From Octopus vulgaris (taxonomy: Eukaryota): 64,000 nucleotides of DNA. This document shows, piece after piece, positions 36,781 through 50,067 of the stretch; within the stretch, counting starts at the first letter, position 1; each line of letters opens with the position of its first letter. A program made the translations under genes and the position numbers. The notes under the pieces were generated by a model. It searched no databases. It saw nothing but the letters and a program-made list of their open reading frames with translations, and was not told the DNA's origin. The stretch spans positions 191,642,001-191,706,000 of the forward strand of contig OX597814.1 of NCBI GenBank assembly GCA_951406725.2, written 5' to 3'.

Positions 36781-36953
36781 ATATTTTATAATTAGGGTTC
36801 AGCAAAGATTTGTTTTACCACATACCTAGTACTTTGTTTTTGTCTGGGAATCTCTTTTTAAAGTAGTGGAAATAGCTAAGGTTCTCTGGCTGCTATTTCT
36901 AAACTTCGGTATGTGGTAAAGCAAATCTTTGCTGAACCCTAATTATAAAATAT
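36781..36953. repeat. Inverted repeat (~45-bp arms, ~80-bp spacer)
   Basis: ttataattagggttcagcaaagatttg...ccacatacc / ggtatgtgg...caaatctttgctgaaccctaattataa. Confidence 0.9.
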
Positions 36954-37411
36954 ATATATCATCATCATCATCATCATCGTTTAGCGTCCACTTTCCATGC
37001 TAGCATGGGTTGGACGGTTCAACTAGGGTCTGGGAAGCCAGAAGACTGCACCAGGCCCAGTCTGATCTGGCAATGTTTCTACGGCTGGATGCCCTTCCTA
37101 ACGCCATATATATATATATATTTACGACAGGCTTCTTTCAGTTTCCGTCTACCAAATCCACTCACAAGACTTTGGTTGGCCTGAGCTTATAGCAGAAGAC
37201 ACTTACCCAATGTGCCATGCAGTGGGACTGAAACTAGGACCATGTGGTTGGGAAGCAAGCTTCTTACCACACAGCCACTCCTGCACCTATGTAAATATAT
37301 AATTTAATAACATTTAAACTCAGCTCCATATGACTCAACATTTTGTGGGTATGGAGGAGAAACCCATCGCATCAGATATCTAAACAACCTATGAATATAT
37401 AAACGTGTGTG

Positions 37412-37498
<87 letters not shown>

Positions 37499-38039
37499 TG
37501 TAACTATGCACACGTACATCTAGTTTTGATGATGGGTGTTTGATTTCTTTCAGTAATTTGATTTACACTTAAGGAGCGGTAATTTGTATTTTCAGGCATT
37601 TTTGCTGCTAACCGAAATAAATCAGTCTTTACTCGCTGGTACCTATGTAGATAGTAGTAATTAGGAAGTTCTCTCTCTCTCTCTCTCTTTCCTTCTCTCT
37701 TTTCCCCCATCTCTCTCTCCCCACCTAACAATTTTCCCCTGACAATGTACATGAGAACTAAAATGCTACAAGAAACTGACGGAGCTGATGAATGGAATGG
37801 TTGCATTTGTCTTTTGATAAGAAAGATAATGTGATATTTCGAAAGTTTAATCAATATTAGCATTTGTGTTATTACGATATATATATATATATGTATGTAT
37901 ATATGTATATGTGTATGTATGCATGTATGCATGCATGTATGCATGCATGTATGTATGTATGTGTGTATATATGTATGTATGAATGTATCTATCTATGTAT
38001 GTATGTATCTATGTATGTATGTATGTATGTATCTATCTA

Positions 38040-38089
<50 letters not shown>

Positions 38090-38214
38090 CATATGTATAA
38101 ATATATATATACTCAGTTTCATGTCACTGTTTGTCAGACAGTTGTGATAATACAGAATACAACATAAAATTCTTGTAACTGTCTGAGTAACAGTTAGTGA
38201 AGATTTTTCAGCTA

Positions 38215-38250
<36 letters not shown>

Positions 38251-39397
38251 CACATACACACATATATATACATATTGATATATACATAAAACCAAACACA
38301 ACTTCTGGAGTTTTTTCAAGGTGGTGCTCCAGCATGGGCGCAGTCCAAAGAGTGAATCAACTAAAAGGCAAAAGATAATGATTACTGAGTCCTATCATAG
38401 TTAAAAGCTGATTTACAAGAAAAATTATGAATGTTCCGTTTGCATTCTGGTGCAAATATGGAAATAAGTCTTTCATGTCAGCTGACAATTTTTCACAGTC
38501 ACCACAAGATGTGATTGGTTGAAATAAGTATTGGAAGGCAAGTCTGTCTGCATGTTCAGTGTATGATATTATCATACTAGCAAATTTAATATGCTGGCTA
38601 AAAACAAAGCTTTAGCTAGTCAATGATGGCAAAATTATAGGACCCTGGGAGAGATCTGTCGTAGTCTTCAATGGTTTGAACACCAGTTTCATAAATTGAG
38701 AAACTCCAAGAGAACCAATCACCATTCCAGTTTCCAAAGTGAGAAACACCTCTCAAATTTTTCGGGTTAACAGCTAAAGAATAAAGGTTTCTTCAAATTT
38801 GGGGATTGGTGAGTTGCAGCAATTGAACTTCATGATGTTTGGGGCTTTTGAGCAAAATAAGGTGTATATTTGCAATCCAAATGTCTTGCTCAAGAACACA
38901 ACACACAGCCTGGTCTGGGAATCGAACTCACAACCTCACGATTCAAACACATGTACAAATACGTTTGTGTGTATTCATGTGTGTATATTTATACATACAC
39001 ACAGTTATATGCACACATATCCATCCATCCATCCATATGTACACACACACACACACACACACGCATCAGCTACCATATCTGATCGCTAAATCCACAAGTT
39101 TTTTTTATTGTCTCTCTGTTTATTTTCTCTTATTCCTTTCTGTTGAAGAGTGTAGACTCGAAATGTAAAAGACTTTCTCACTTTCCCAAGTGTCAAACTA
39201 AAACACCTGCTTGTTGTTCATATACCTGTCTTCATCTTTTGTTTTTCTGTAAATTTCAACTATACATATGCATATATATTCATGTCTGTCGACAGCAAGC
39301 AAGCTGAAACCTTAAAGTCAAAGACAATCTTTTTCCAGTGATAATTTATTAAACCTATCTGTCTGTATGTATATCTGTATAATTGTGTGTATATATA

Positions 39398-39735
39398 TAA
39401 GGTGCATGAATCAGTGGTTAGATTGTCGAGCTTACGATCATGAGGTTGTGAGTTTGATTTCCAGACCGGGCTGTGTGTTGTGTTCTTGAGCAAGACACTT
39501 TATTTCACGTTGCTCCAGTTAACTCAGCTGTAGAAATGAGTTGCGACATCACTGGTGCCAAGCTGTATTGGCCCCTTTGCCTTTCCCTTGGATAACATCA
39601 GTGGTGTGGAGAGGAGAGGCTGGTATGCATGGGTGACTGCTGGTCTTCCACAAACAACCTTGCCTGGACTTGTGCCTCAGAGGGTAACTTTCAAGGTGCA
39701 ATCCCATGGTCATTCATGACCGAAGGGGGTCTCCT
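39398..39735 (+). mobile_element. SINE family 3
   Basis: Inverted homologue of 10238-10572. Confidence 0.85.
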
Positions 39736-40262
39736 CCTATATATATAATGTATCTATATCTATGTATACAACACACACACATGCGTACACATGTACACAC
39801 ACACACACACACAATACACATAATACAAAATCCCACATTTAACTCACTAGAAGGTACAGAAAAAAAACAAGTCATTATTGAATGTTCCTTATAGAGAAAT
39901 GCAATTTTTTTGTCATAACATTTATCGTTTAGTGATATTAATGTCAATTTATCGCAATTCCCTTCATTTTCTTCAACCTTTTAGCATAGGAAACAATAAT
40001 TTTAATACCATTTCTGTTAGTTTGTATTCAAATGCACAGCTATAAGCCAATTAGAAGCATTTTAAAGGTCATATCAAGTGGTTACCATTTACAGTTTGTG
40101 TATGTGCTATGAATTTAAGGAGGAACTAAATGGCTTCTTGTTTATTTGACTGTTTAAATAATGTTTTAGGAATAATATTTGCTTCATCTCTTGATCTTTG
40201 GTTATTTCATCTGTGGAATTTTAATTTTTATTTTTAATTTATTTTATATATTGAGTTTTCAG

Positions 40263-40448
40263 AATAATAGCATTGTCATTGGTTTATAGATTTCCAATGC
40301 TGGAATCAATGATTTACTACATTTACAATTGTGAGAATGATCAGGAAGTATCTCTGAAACTTGAATGGAATAAATACTGCATAAGGTATATATCATTTGC
40401 TGACATAAATCCATATACACATAGACACACAGAGAAAGCAACAGTGAA
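40263..40448 (+). other. Candidate isolated coding exon of an unidentified host gene
   Basis: T-rich tract plus TTTTCAG acceptor, GTAAGT donor, 186 nt, open in one frame (IIALSLVYRFPMLESM...TEKATV). Confidence 0.3.
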
Positions 40449-40544
40449 GTAAGTTAAGAAAGACTGCTATGAAAATATAAAGGGGTAAAGCGCATGCATA
40501 GTACATGGTGAGAATCAAGATGGTGTCTCAAGAATGAATATGTA

Positions 40545-41101
40545 TTGGGTTGTCCAAAAAGTTCATGCCGATTTTTAAAGGAAAGAAAAAGGTCAATAAA
40601 TACTTGCCATTACATTTTTAATCAACCAAATATGAACCATTTTGTTGCACAATGTGTCTCCATCTTTCCTTTAACTTGAAAATACCCTCTTCCCAGAATT
40701 GAGGTAGTTTCATAGCAAAGAATTCATCAAGGTATCTTTTTACGAAATCTAAGGAATTGAAATTTTTACCATTAAGACTATTCTGCAGAGACCTGGATAA
40801 GTAGAAATCCAAAGGAGCAATATCTGGTGAATATGGAGAGTGGGGTAACACATCCCAGCCGAGCTGCAGCAATTTTTGTCTGGTTCCCAAAGCATCAAGT
40901 ACTGAAAATGAACTTTCTTATCTTCCATTTAAAGAATTAACACAGGTTATAGGAACATAAATCTTCTTCCACAAAAAGATAGCTTAAACTGTGCTCTAAA
41001 TGGAGGTGTAGTTAAATCCTATTCTATGGACTCAACCATATTCTAAAATAAGTCGAAATGTAAGCTACTATAAATCGGTACAAACTTTCTGGACAACCCA
41101 A
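40545..41101 (-). mobile_element. Internally deleted mariner element
   Basis: TIRs TTGGGTTGTCC.../...GGACAACCCAA with TA TSD on both sides; ORF 40618-40890 has PHSPYSPDIAPLDF and ERWRHIVQQNGSY. Confidence 0.93.
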
Positions 41102-41394
41102 TACATCAGCATTTTGATTTTCACTGTTCACTGTGCACGCAATAATTGTCAATTGGCAGAAATCAGCACATATCAACAAATAATTTGTTTGCCGAATTCT
41201 GTAAACAAAAGTGAAAGCCCTAATTAGATTCATTAGTCTGGGATAACTTTGACTGAAAAGTCCTTTTATCTCAATGAATTGGGTGTGTTACGAGCACATA
41301 TTTATCTGAAGGGAGCTTTTCTCTAATTACAAAATATGTGGTAATAAATTATACATACATACATGGTAATTTATTATACATACATATGACATAT

Positions 41395-42515
41395 AAATAA
41401 CAACATAAAATTGGCTCGTTACAAATCGTTTGTCTTTCTATCCCTGTTGTATTCTTCTGAAACATGGGCATGTTACAAAAGGCAATTCAAATTGTTAGAA
41501 CAATTCCATCAAAAATGCCTTCACCACATTTTAAACATTAACCCTTTCACTACCAACCTGGCTGAAACCAGCTCTGGCTCTGTGGTAAAATGTCTTGTTT
41601 TCATAAGTTTTGAATTAAAATATTCCACCAAGCCTTAATCATAATTTATGTTCCTAACACTAGCTGAATGATAACAGAGAATTTACTAAATTCTCTGTTA
41701 TATTTTAAATAATTGAAAGAAACACAGAGCATCTCAAAATAAATATGGTAACGAAAGGGTTAAATGGGGGTGGTTTTACTTCAGACACAGATGTCTTTGC
41801 ATTTGCAGATTTCACTTCAATTAAATCAATGATTCTGAAAAATCAAATGAGATGGTCTGGTCATATTATTCGTATGGCAGATGAACAGACGCCCAAACAG
41901 CAGTTTTATGGTGAGCTTGCAATCAGTGAAAACCTAAAAAGAGGCTTAAGGACAGCATAAGAACTACCATGAAGCCACTTGGAATGGATCCAAAGGCCAT
42001 AGAAGCTCTTGTTTTGGATCGAGCTGGATGGTGAACAAAAGTGTGGAGCAGAGTGAAAGTGTTTGAGAAGGTCAGGATAACACATACAAAAGAGATTTAA
42101 ACTCGATAGATTTAAAAAAGAATGTTTCAATTGAGGAGGTGAATCTCAGGGACCGATTTCTGTGCACAGTTTGCGACAGACAATGACTTTCTTCTGCTGG
42201 GCTCAAATCTCATTTGCAGACCCATGAAAAAACGTAACGCCACCAACTATTCTGCCAATATATCTGTGCACACCTTTCAATGCTGTGTATGCCATAAGGT
42301 CTGTAAATCTAATGGAGGCTTCAAAAGACATTTTAAGATCCACAAAGATCAGAACTTAAGTGCAGCCCTTTGTGGCCCAAATGTGATATGCAATTTATGT
42401 GGGTGTCTTTTCAATACATTGTCTGGTTTAAAAAGCCTCATCAGACGCCATGATCAATATAGAGTGTAGAGATGGGAGGTGGTCAGACTCTGTACAAGGA
42501 GTAGACAACAACCAT
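41395..42515 (+). mobile_element. Decayed second RTE family (RT C-terminus plus C2H2 zinc fingers)
   Basis: LLYSSETW, FHQKCL, MRWSGHIIRM, CCVCHKVCKSNGGFKRHFKIH, CNLC...LSGLKSLIRRH. Further 3' copies at 51322-51522 and 53862-54280. Confidence 0.85.
41542..41759. mobile_element. piggyBac-type MITE
   Basis: TTAA|CCCTTTC...GAAAGGG|TTAA; interrupts an RTE reading frame. Confidence 0.88.
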
Positions 42516-43611
42516 ATATATATATTTCGTTTTTGGATTTGGTTTGCAAGATTCTTTATGTGTGTTCATATGTTAAATTATAAGGCACAAAAAGAAAATG
42601 ACTCCCCCAGACACAACAGTATATATATATGTATATATATATACTTGCATAGCAAGTGACTTGATCTGAGATCATGTACTGAAACAAAACAAATTTCAAC
42701 ATGGAAGATGTTTATAAGCCATTTAATAACACACACGAAAAAAACATTAGATTCACTTCAACATTTAAATTTAATTTGGGTCAAAATATTTTTGTCATTT
42801 TGAAACCACAACCTGTTCACTTACAAAACTATATATCTGACCTTCTGGTTGGTGTACTTCACTGAAGATTGTGAGGTTGTGATTTCAATTCCTGGATAGG
42901 GTGATGTGTTGTGTTTTTGAGCAAATCACTTCAATGCAAGTTACTCTGCAATTACTTTGACACATGTGTTCTACACTGTATACCTGTTCAGGTAAAGTCG
43001 ATTTGATGGAAGGAGTGAGCTAATGTATAGCACATGCATTTGGTCTCTATAAACAAATCCTTTGTAAAGACCGTTTAGCAAAAACTGATCACTCATATAT
43101 TGTCTATGACAGGAGATTCTATTATGTATATTGGGCGTGTGTATAGTATGTATATGCATATATATATGTATGTGTATGTATATATATATATATATATATA
43201 TACATTACGGAGATGTACTTGCATAGCAAGTGACCTGATCTGAGATTGTGTGCTGGAACGAAAAGAATTGCAGCATGGAACGAGTTTATAAGCCATTTAA
43301 GAAACACACAAAAACCGTTAGATTCACTTCAACCCTCTCTCTCTTTCGGAGAGGCACTGAGCAGCTATATGCACACATACACACACGGCAGTAACTTCCA
43401 CCTACCGAATTCAATCTCAAAGCTCCGGTCGGCTCGGGGCTATAGTGGAAGACACCTACCCAAAGTGCCACGCAGTGGGACTGAACCCGAAACCATGTAG
43501 CTAGGAAGCAAGCTCCCTAACCACACAGCCATGCCCAACATTTAAATTTAATTTGTCAAAATATTTTCGTTGCTTTGAGACTGCGACCTCTTCACTAATG
43601 CAGCACGGAAT

Positions 43612-43662
43612 TTTGTCAGTGAACAGGTCATGGTCTCAAAGTGATGAAAATATTTTGACAAA
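43612..43662 (+). ncRNA. Minimal hammerhead motif, G3-C8 variant
   Basis: tttgtca-GTGAACA-G-GTCAT..GTGAT-GAA-AATATT-T-tgacaaa; further copies on the minus strand at 43552-43597 and 42779-42827. Confidence 0.6.
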
Positions 43663-43958
43663 TTAAATTTAAATGTTGAAGTGAATCTAACAGATTTTGC
43701 GTGTTTCTTAAATGGATTATAAACACCTTCCATGCTGCATTTGTTATATATATATGTATATATGTGTGTATGTGTGTGTGCATACATCTTCCTTTTCTAT
43801 TGGACTCTCCTGTCTCTTGTTTCTGAAGAAGAGCTTTGCTCAAAGTGTAAAAACCACCTTTCTTTCCTTCTCTGTGCATCTGGTAATACTTTAGATGTAC
43901 CAGATCCTCACATTGCAGTTTTTTTGTATATGTGTATGTATAGAGATATACATATAGA

Positions 43959-44357
43959 TGCAAGAGTGGCTGTGTGGTAAAAAGTTTGTTTCCCAACCAC
44001 ATGGTTCCGGGTTCAGTCTCATTATGTGACACCTTGGGAAAATGTCTTCTACTCTAGCCTCTGGCCGACCAAGGCCTTGTGAGTGGATTTGGTGGACGGA
44101 AGCTGAAAGAAGCCTGTCTTATATATACACACACACACACACATACATATATATATATGTATGTATGTATGTGTGTTTGTGTTTGTCCCCCTCATCATCG
44201 CTTGACAACCGATGTTAGTGTGTTTACATCCCTGTGACTTAGTGGTTTGGCTAAAGAGACCAATAGAATAAGTACTTGGCTTACAAAAAATAAGTTGCAG
44301 GATCAATTTGTTCGACTAAAGGTGGTGCTCCACCATGACTGAAAGAAATAAAAGAGT
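43959..44357 (+). mobile_element. SINE family 1
   Basis: Consensus match; tail-to-tail with the next copy. Confidence 0.88.
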
Positions 44358-44384
44358 GTATATATATATATATATATATATATA

Positions 44385-44608
44385 TTTACTCTTTTACTTG
44401 TTTTAGTCATTTGACTGTGGCCATGCTGGAGCACCACCTTTAGTTGAACAAATCAACCCCAGGACTTATTCTTTGTAAGCCTAGTACTTATTCTATTGGT
44501 CTCTTTTTCCCGAAGCGCTAAGTTACAGGGACGTAAACACACCAGCATCAGTTATCAAGCAATGTTGGGGGCACAAAAACAGACACACAAACACATACAC
44601 ACACATAC

Positions 44609-44669
<61 letters not shown>

Positions 44670-44832
44670 TACGACGAGTTTATTTCAGTTTCCGTCTACC
44701 AAATCCATTCACAAGGCTTTGGTTTGCTCGAGGCTATGGTAGACAACACTTGCCCAAGATGCAACACAGTAGGACTGAACCTGGAACCATGTGGTTCGTA
44801 AGCAAGCTACTTACCACACAGCCACTCCTACG

Positions 44833-44835
<3 letters not shown>
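44385..44835 (-). mobile_element. SINE family 1
   Basis: Consensus match. Confidence 0.88.
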
Positions 44836-44868
<33 letters not shown>

Positions 44869-45435
44869 GAGAGAGAGATACACATAGATACATACAAATA
44901 TGTGTGTCTTTATATGTATATATATATATATATATATTTAAACTTGATATCATAGAAAAAGTATCATTAAGCCACCTTACAGCTGGGACAATTATTGATA
45001 TGAAATAGTTTTCTATTCTAAATGAAGGCTAAATTTAACACTTGCTATAACTCTTCTGTTAGTGTGTTTGCACAATGAAAACAAAAAATTGAGCTGTCAG
45101 TATTATGTCAACCGAAAGTTTTATTGATTTTTAAACCTAATAAAAATTATGTGTCATCTATTTATATGACTAACTCCTTTATCAAAGAATCCACTCTGGA
45201 ATTATTTTTAGTATATTTTGCTCTCATCGATAATATATTTTCAGAATCTTGAAGCCAAGATCAAGACATGGCAATATTTATTGACTGCTTCATTGTCATC
45301 TTAAAAGTGGTGATGATGATGATGATGATCATTGTCATCATCATCGTCGTTGTCATCACTGTCGTTGTCATCATCGTCATCATCATTATCATTATCCTCA
45401 TAATCCTTATCCTCATCGTCATAATCATCATCATC

Positions 45436-45820
45436 AGGCGCAGGAGTAGCTGTGTGGTAAGTAGCTTGCTTACCAACCACATGGTTCCAGGTTCAGTCCC
45501 ACTGCGTGGGACCTTAGGCAAGTGTTTTCTGCTATAGCCTCGGGCCAACCAAAGTCTTGTGAGTAGATTTGGTAGATGGAAACTGAAAGAAGCCCATCGT
45601 ATATATGTATATGTATATGTATATATGTGTGTGTTTGTTCCCCTAACATCACTTGACAACCAATGCTGGTGTGTTTATGTCCTTGTAACTTAGCAGTTCA
45701 GCAAAAGAGAACGATACAATAAGTACTAGACTTCCAAAGAATAAGTCCTGGGATTGATTTGCTTGACTAAGGCTGCAGTCAAATGACTGAAACAACTAAA
45801 AGAGTAGTAAAGAGTAGAAA
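45436..45820 (+). mobile_element. SINE family 1
   Basis: Consensus match. Confidence 0.88.
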
Positions 45821-46555
45821 AGAGTAGTATCATCATCATCATACGATGGGGTAACTGATCATGATGGGAAAGTGACTGAGTACCTTTTGAGCATTGGGCC
45901 TGATGGAGGCAAGTGACTGAGTTCCTTTTGAGTGTTGGACCTCATGGATGCAGTGGCCACGACCTGAGTATTGGGCCTCATGGAGGCAATGACCATGACC
46001 TTTGACATTATCTTGTGCTTGAGAAGAAGACCCATCAAGCCAAGCAAAATTGCAGGTGTGGTAGATACTGGTGTCACACAAATGGCACTCATGCTGGGGG
46101 TACGTAAATGCACCATTTACATTCTTGGAGTAGTTGGCATTAGGAAGGGCATCCAGCCATAGAAAACCATGCCAAATCAGACTGGATCCTGGCGCAGACT
46201 TCCAGTGTGCCAGCCCAGTCAAACCATCCAACCCATGTCAGCAAGGACAACAGACGTTAAATGATGATGATGATGATATATTATGGACTTTCCTCTTGTT
46301 AGATGACAGATGACCATTCTGCAATTTCTTGCTGAAGAACCAGTTGCTTTGTTTACAGTGATCAAATGTTTTTGTTTATATAATTTCTTTCCCTCCATCA
46401 AATCGACATCCACTATACCAGTGCACAAGTGTGCCACATATCAGATGTTGAAATGATCATGGAGCAAAAATGAAATGAAGTGTTTTGCTTAAGAACACAA
46501 TGCACCAACTGGTCTGGGAATCCAGACCCCACGATTTTGTAATCATGAGTGCAAC

Positions 46556-47066
46556 TGAGATACTAATATGTGCTAACCTGCCCAGCATCCATACCATCCT
46601 GATGCAGTTTCAGCTTCGCTGGGCAGGGCACATAGCTCGCATGTCAGACAATCGATTACCAAAAAGGTTGCTCTCTGGTGAGCTGCAAAAGGGAAAGCGC
46701 TCACAAGGCGGCCAGAAGAAGCTCTTTAAGGACACACTGAGAGCCTCACTGAAAGTCTTCAACATCGACCATGACACTTGGGAACAGTCTGCTCTAGACA
46801 GAGAAGGGTGGCAATCAGCTGTCCACAAGGGTGCCAACACATGCGAGACCAATAGGATCGCTGCTGCAGAAGACCGCAGACAAACCAGGAAGAACAGAGC
46901 TAACAACCCTGTAGCAGGTGCTACCATTCCCTGTCCACACTGTCAAAGACTCTTTCGGGTGCAGATTGGCCTCCTCACTAGCCATCTGCAGACTCACAAA
47001 ACAAGCTCACCCCCACCCCAGGATGACTAGATGGTCTTCGTCGCATCAACGGACAAACTACCATAC
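46556..47066 (+). mobile_element. 5'-truncated third RTE family (BovB-like C-terminus, C2H2 finger)
   Basis: QLRWAGHIARMSDNRLPKRLL...GGQKKLFKDTL...CPHC...SHLQTH; TSD CATGAGTGCAAC at 46544-46555 and 47067-47078. Confidence 0.9.
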
Positions 47067-47144
47067 CATGAGTGCAACAGCCATACACTTTCATATATGT
47101 ATATATGTGTGTATATGTGTGTGTGTATGTGTAATATGTATATA

Positions 47145-47410
47145 ACTGGCACTCCATCGGTTATTACGACAAGGATTCCAACTGATCCAATCAATGGCTG
47201 AGTACTCCACAGACATGTGTACCCTTAATGTAGTTGTAAGGAGATTCAGCATGACGCCGAATATGATAAGGCTGGCCCTTTGAAATACAGGTACCACTCA
47301 TTTTTGCTATCTGGGTGGACTTGAGCAGCATGAAATAAAGTGTCTTGCTCAAGATCACAAGGCTCCACTGGGAATTGAACTCTTCAATTGTGTGCAGGAC
47401 ATCTGAACCA
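47145..47410 (-). mobile_element. SINE with family-3 head and core but a different tail
   Basis: Shares the gaaataaagtgtcttgctcaag segment; tail unrelated to 10238-10572. Confidence 0.65.
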
Positions 47411-47969
47411 CTACAACACACACCTTTACACACACACACTTAAAAACTCACACCTTTACACACACATACACCTTTACACACACTCACCTTTACACAGACA
47501 CACACACCTTTACACCGCCTCTTATACATACACCTTTACACACACACACACCATTACAGGCACACACACCTTTACAGACACATACACTTTTTCACACACA
47601 CACACCTTTACACACAACACACCTGTACACATACACACACGCGCACACACACACAAACATACATATATATGTGTAAGTAATATGAACTGACATTGTTAGT
47701 GAGGTGGAAAGATTGCTTCAACGTATTCATTTTTGTTCCCTGTGGTCTGAGTTCAAATTCTGCCTTGGCCTTCATCTGGAGTAGATCTAATCTTTCAAAA
47801 CATATAATGCCATCGCCTGACCCTTAGAAGACCTTTAGTGAAGTCCACCCATTTGTAGGGGTTTGTCTGATCAGGTGTTTGGCTTGAGAATATCATCCTC
47901 CTATTTCCTATCCACTTGTCTTGGAAAGGTCAGGAGTACTGCCTTCCTTCCAGACTTGAAGATAAAAGA

Positions 47970-48816
47970 TGTGTGTGTCTGTGTGAGAGAATGTATGTGT
48001 GTGTGTGTGTGTGCATGCATGTGCATATGTGTATGAGACAATGAGAGAATGTGTTTGTGTGAGTTTGTGTGTGTGTGTGTGTGAGTGTGTGAGTATGTGT
48101 GACTGTGAGGGTATATATATGAATGTATGTGTGTGTGTGAATATTTGCATGTATGAGAGAAAGAGAGAGAGTGAGTGAGTGTGTGTGTGTGTGTGTGTGT
48201 GCGTGCATGCGCATATGCATATGAGACAATGAGAGATGTGTATGAGAGAATGAGAAAAGGAGTGCACGTGAGTTTGTGTGTGTATGTGTGAGTGTGCATG
48301 TGTGACTGTGAAGGTATATGTATGAATGTTTGTGTGTGTGTGTGTGTGAACGAATGTGTGTGTAAGAAAGAGAAGCGTGTATGTGCCTCTGTGTGTGTGC
48401 GAATATTTGTATGTATGAGAGAGAGAGAGCAAGAGAGTGAGTGTGTGTGTGTGAATCTGTAAGAGTGTGTGCATGTGTGATTGTATTGTGTGAATGAATG
48501 TGTATGAGAAGGAAGTGTGTATGTGCCTCTGTGTGTGTGTATGTGTGTGTGTGTGTATGCATGAGAGAGAATGAGTGAGAGAGAGCATATGTGTATGCAT
48601 GTGTGAGTGTGAGAATATGTATATGTGTGGGTGTATGTATAAGAATATATGTATATATGTATGTATGTATGAGAATGTATGTATGAGAATGCATGTATGT
48701 ATGTATGTATGTATGTATGTATGTATGAGAATGCATGTATGTATGTATGTATGTATGTATGATAATGTATGTATGTATGTATGATAATGTATGTATGTAT
48801 GTATGTATGTATGAGA

Positions 48817-48847
<31 letters not shown>

Positions 48848-49300
48848 AGAATGTATGTATGTATGAGAATGTATGTATGTATGTATGTATGTATGTATGA
48901 GAATGTATGTATGTATGTATGTATGTATGAGAATGTATGTATGTATGTATGTGTGTGTGTTTGTATGTATGTATGTATGTATGTATGTATGAATGTATGT
49001 ATGTATGTATGTATGTATGTAAGCATGTATGTATGTACGTATATACGTACGTATGTATGTACCTATGTATGTAAGCATGTATGTATGTATGTATGTAAGC
49101 ATGTATGTATGTATGTACGTACGTACGTACGTACGTATGTATGTATGTATGTAAACATGTATGTATGTATGTATGTAAGCATGTATGTATGTACGTATGT
49201 ATGTATGTATGTATGTATGTATGTATGTATGTATGTATGTATGTATGTATGTATGTATGTATGTATGAGAATGTATGTATGTATGTATGTATGCGTGTAT
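47970..49300. repeat. (TG)n and (TATG)n-rich degenerate satellite
   Basis: Direct reading; source of the spurious 372-498 aa ORFs. Confidence 0.97.
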
Positions 49301-49478
49301 ATACAATAAGAATTGTACCAATTGACAGCCTGTCATTGCTGAACCAATGAATGAAGCAGTGAAAAATCACCTTATTCATTAATATATTTTTAATCACCTT
49401 TTCTTGTGATTATGAAGACTTTGGACATCGTTGTTTGTTTCAATTTGTCTGTATATATACATGTGTGTATGTGTGTGC

Positions 49479-49515
<37 letters not shown>

Positions 49516-49844
49516 TGCTTGTGTTAGTGACACACTGACCCTGTATATACAAACTCCCCACTCTATGAAAGCCTGTTATAGATAGTGACTGATGTATTTA
49601 TTTCATTCACTGCAAATTTATTCTCAAATCCTAATCATCCGATATCTCCTGTTACCATTTCTGATGTTGTGTTACTGCTTATGAATTACTTATCATATAC
49701 TTAAATAGTCGGTGCATAAGAATGACTTGTACTTTAGTGTCAGAAGTACGCCCCCCCCCCACCTACCAACCTACCCGCCCACCCATAATATATACACATA
49801 TGTATATGTAAATATATATATATCTATATGTCTATCTATCTATC

Positions 49845-49942
<98 letters not shown>

Positions 49943-50067
49943 GAGATAGATAGATCGATAGATACAACTGAAAAATAGGATAAAATCTTTATAAGAATTT
50001 ATCAAGTAGTTAGTGTGAAAAACCCCATAAAGGAAAAATCCATCCATTATTTCTCTTAAATATATTT

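Noticed and set aside
38357-38870. Coding-like unique segment
   Set aside because: Only short frames on both strands and no motif I can recognise; probably a decayed element.
47901-49397. 372-498 aa ORFs rich in H/T/Y/I
   Set aside because: Translations of (TATG)n/(TG)n satellite, open in several frames; not genes.
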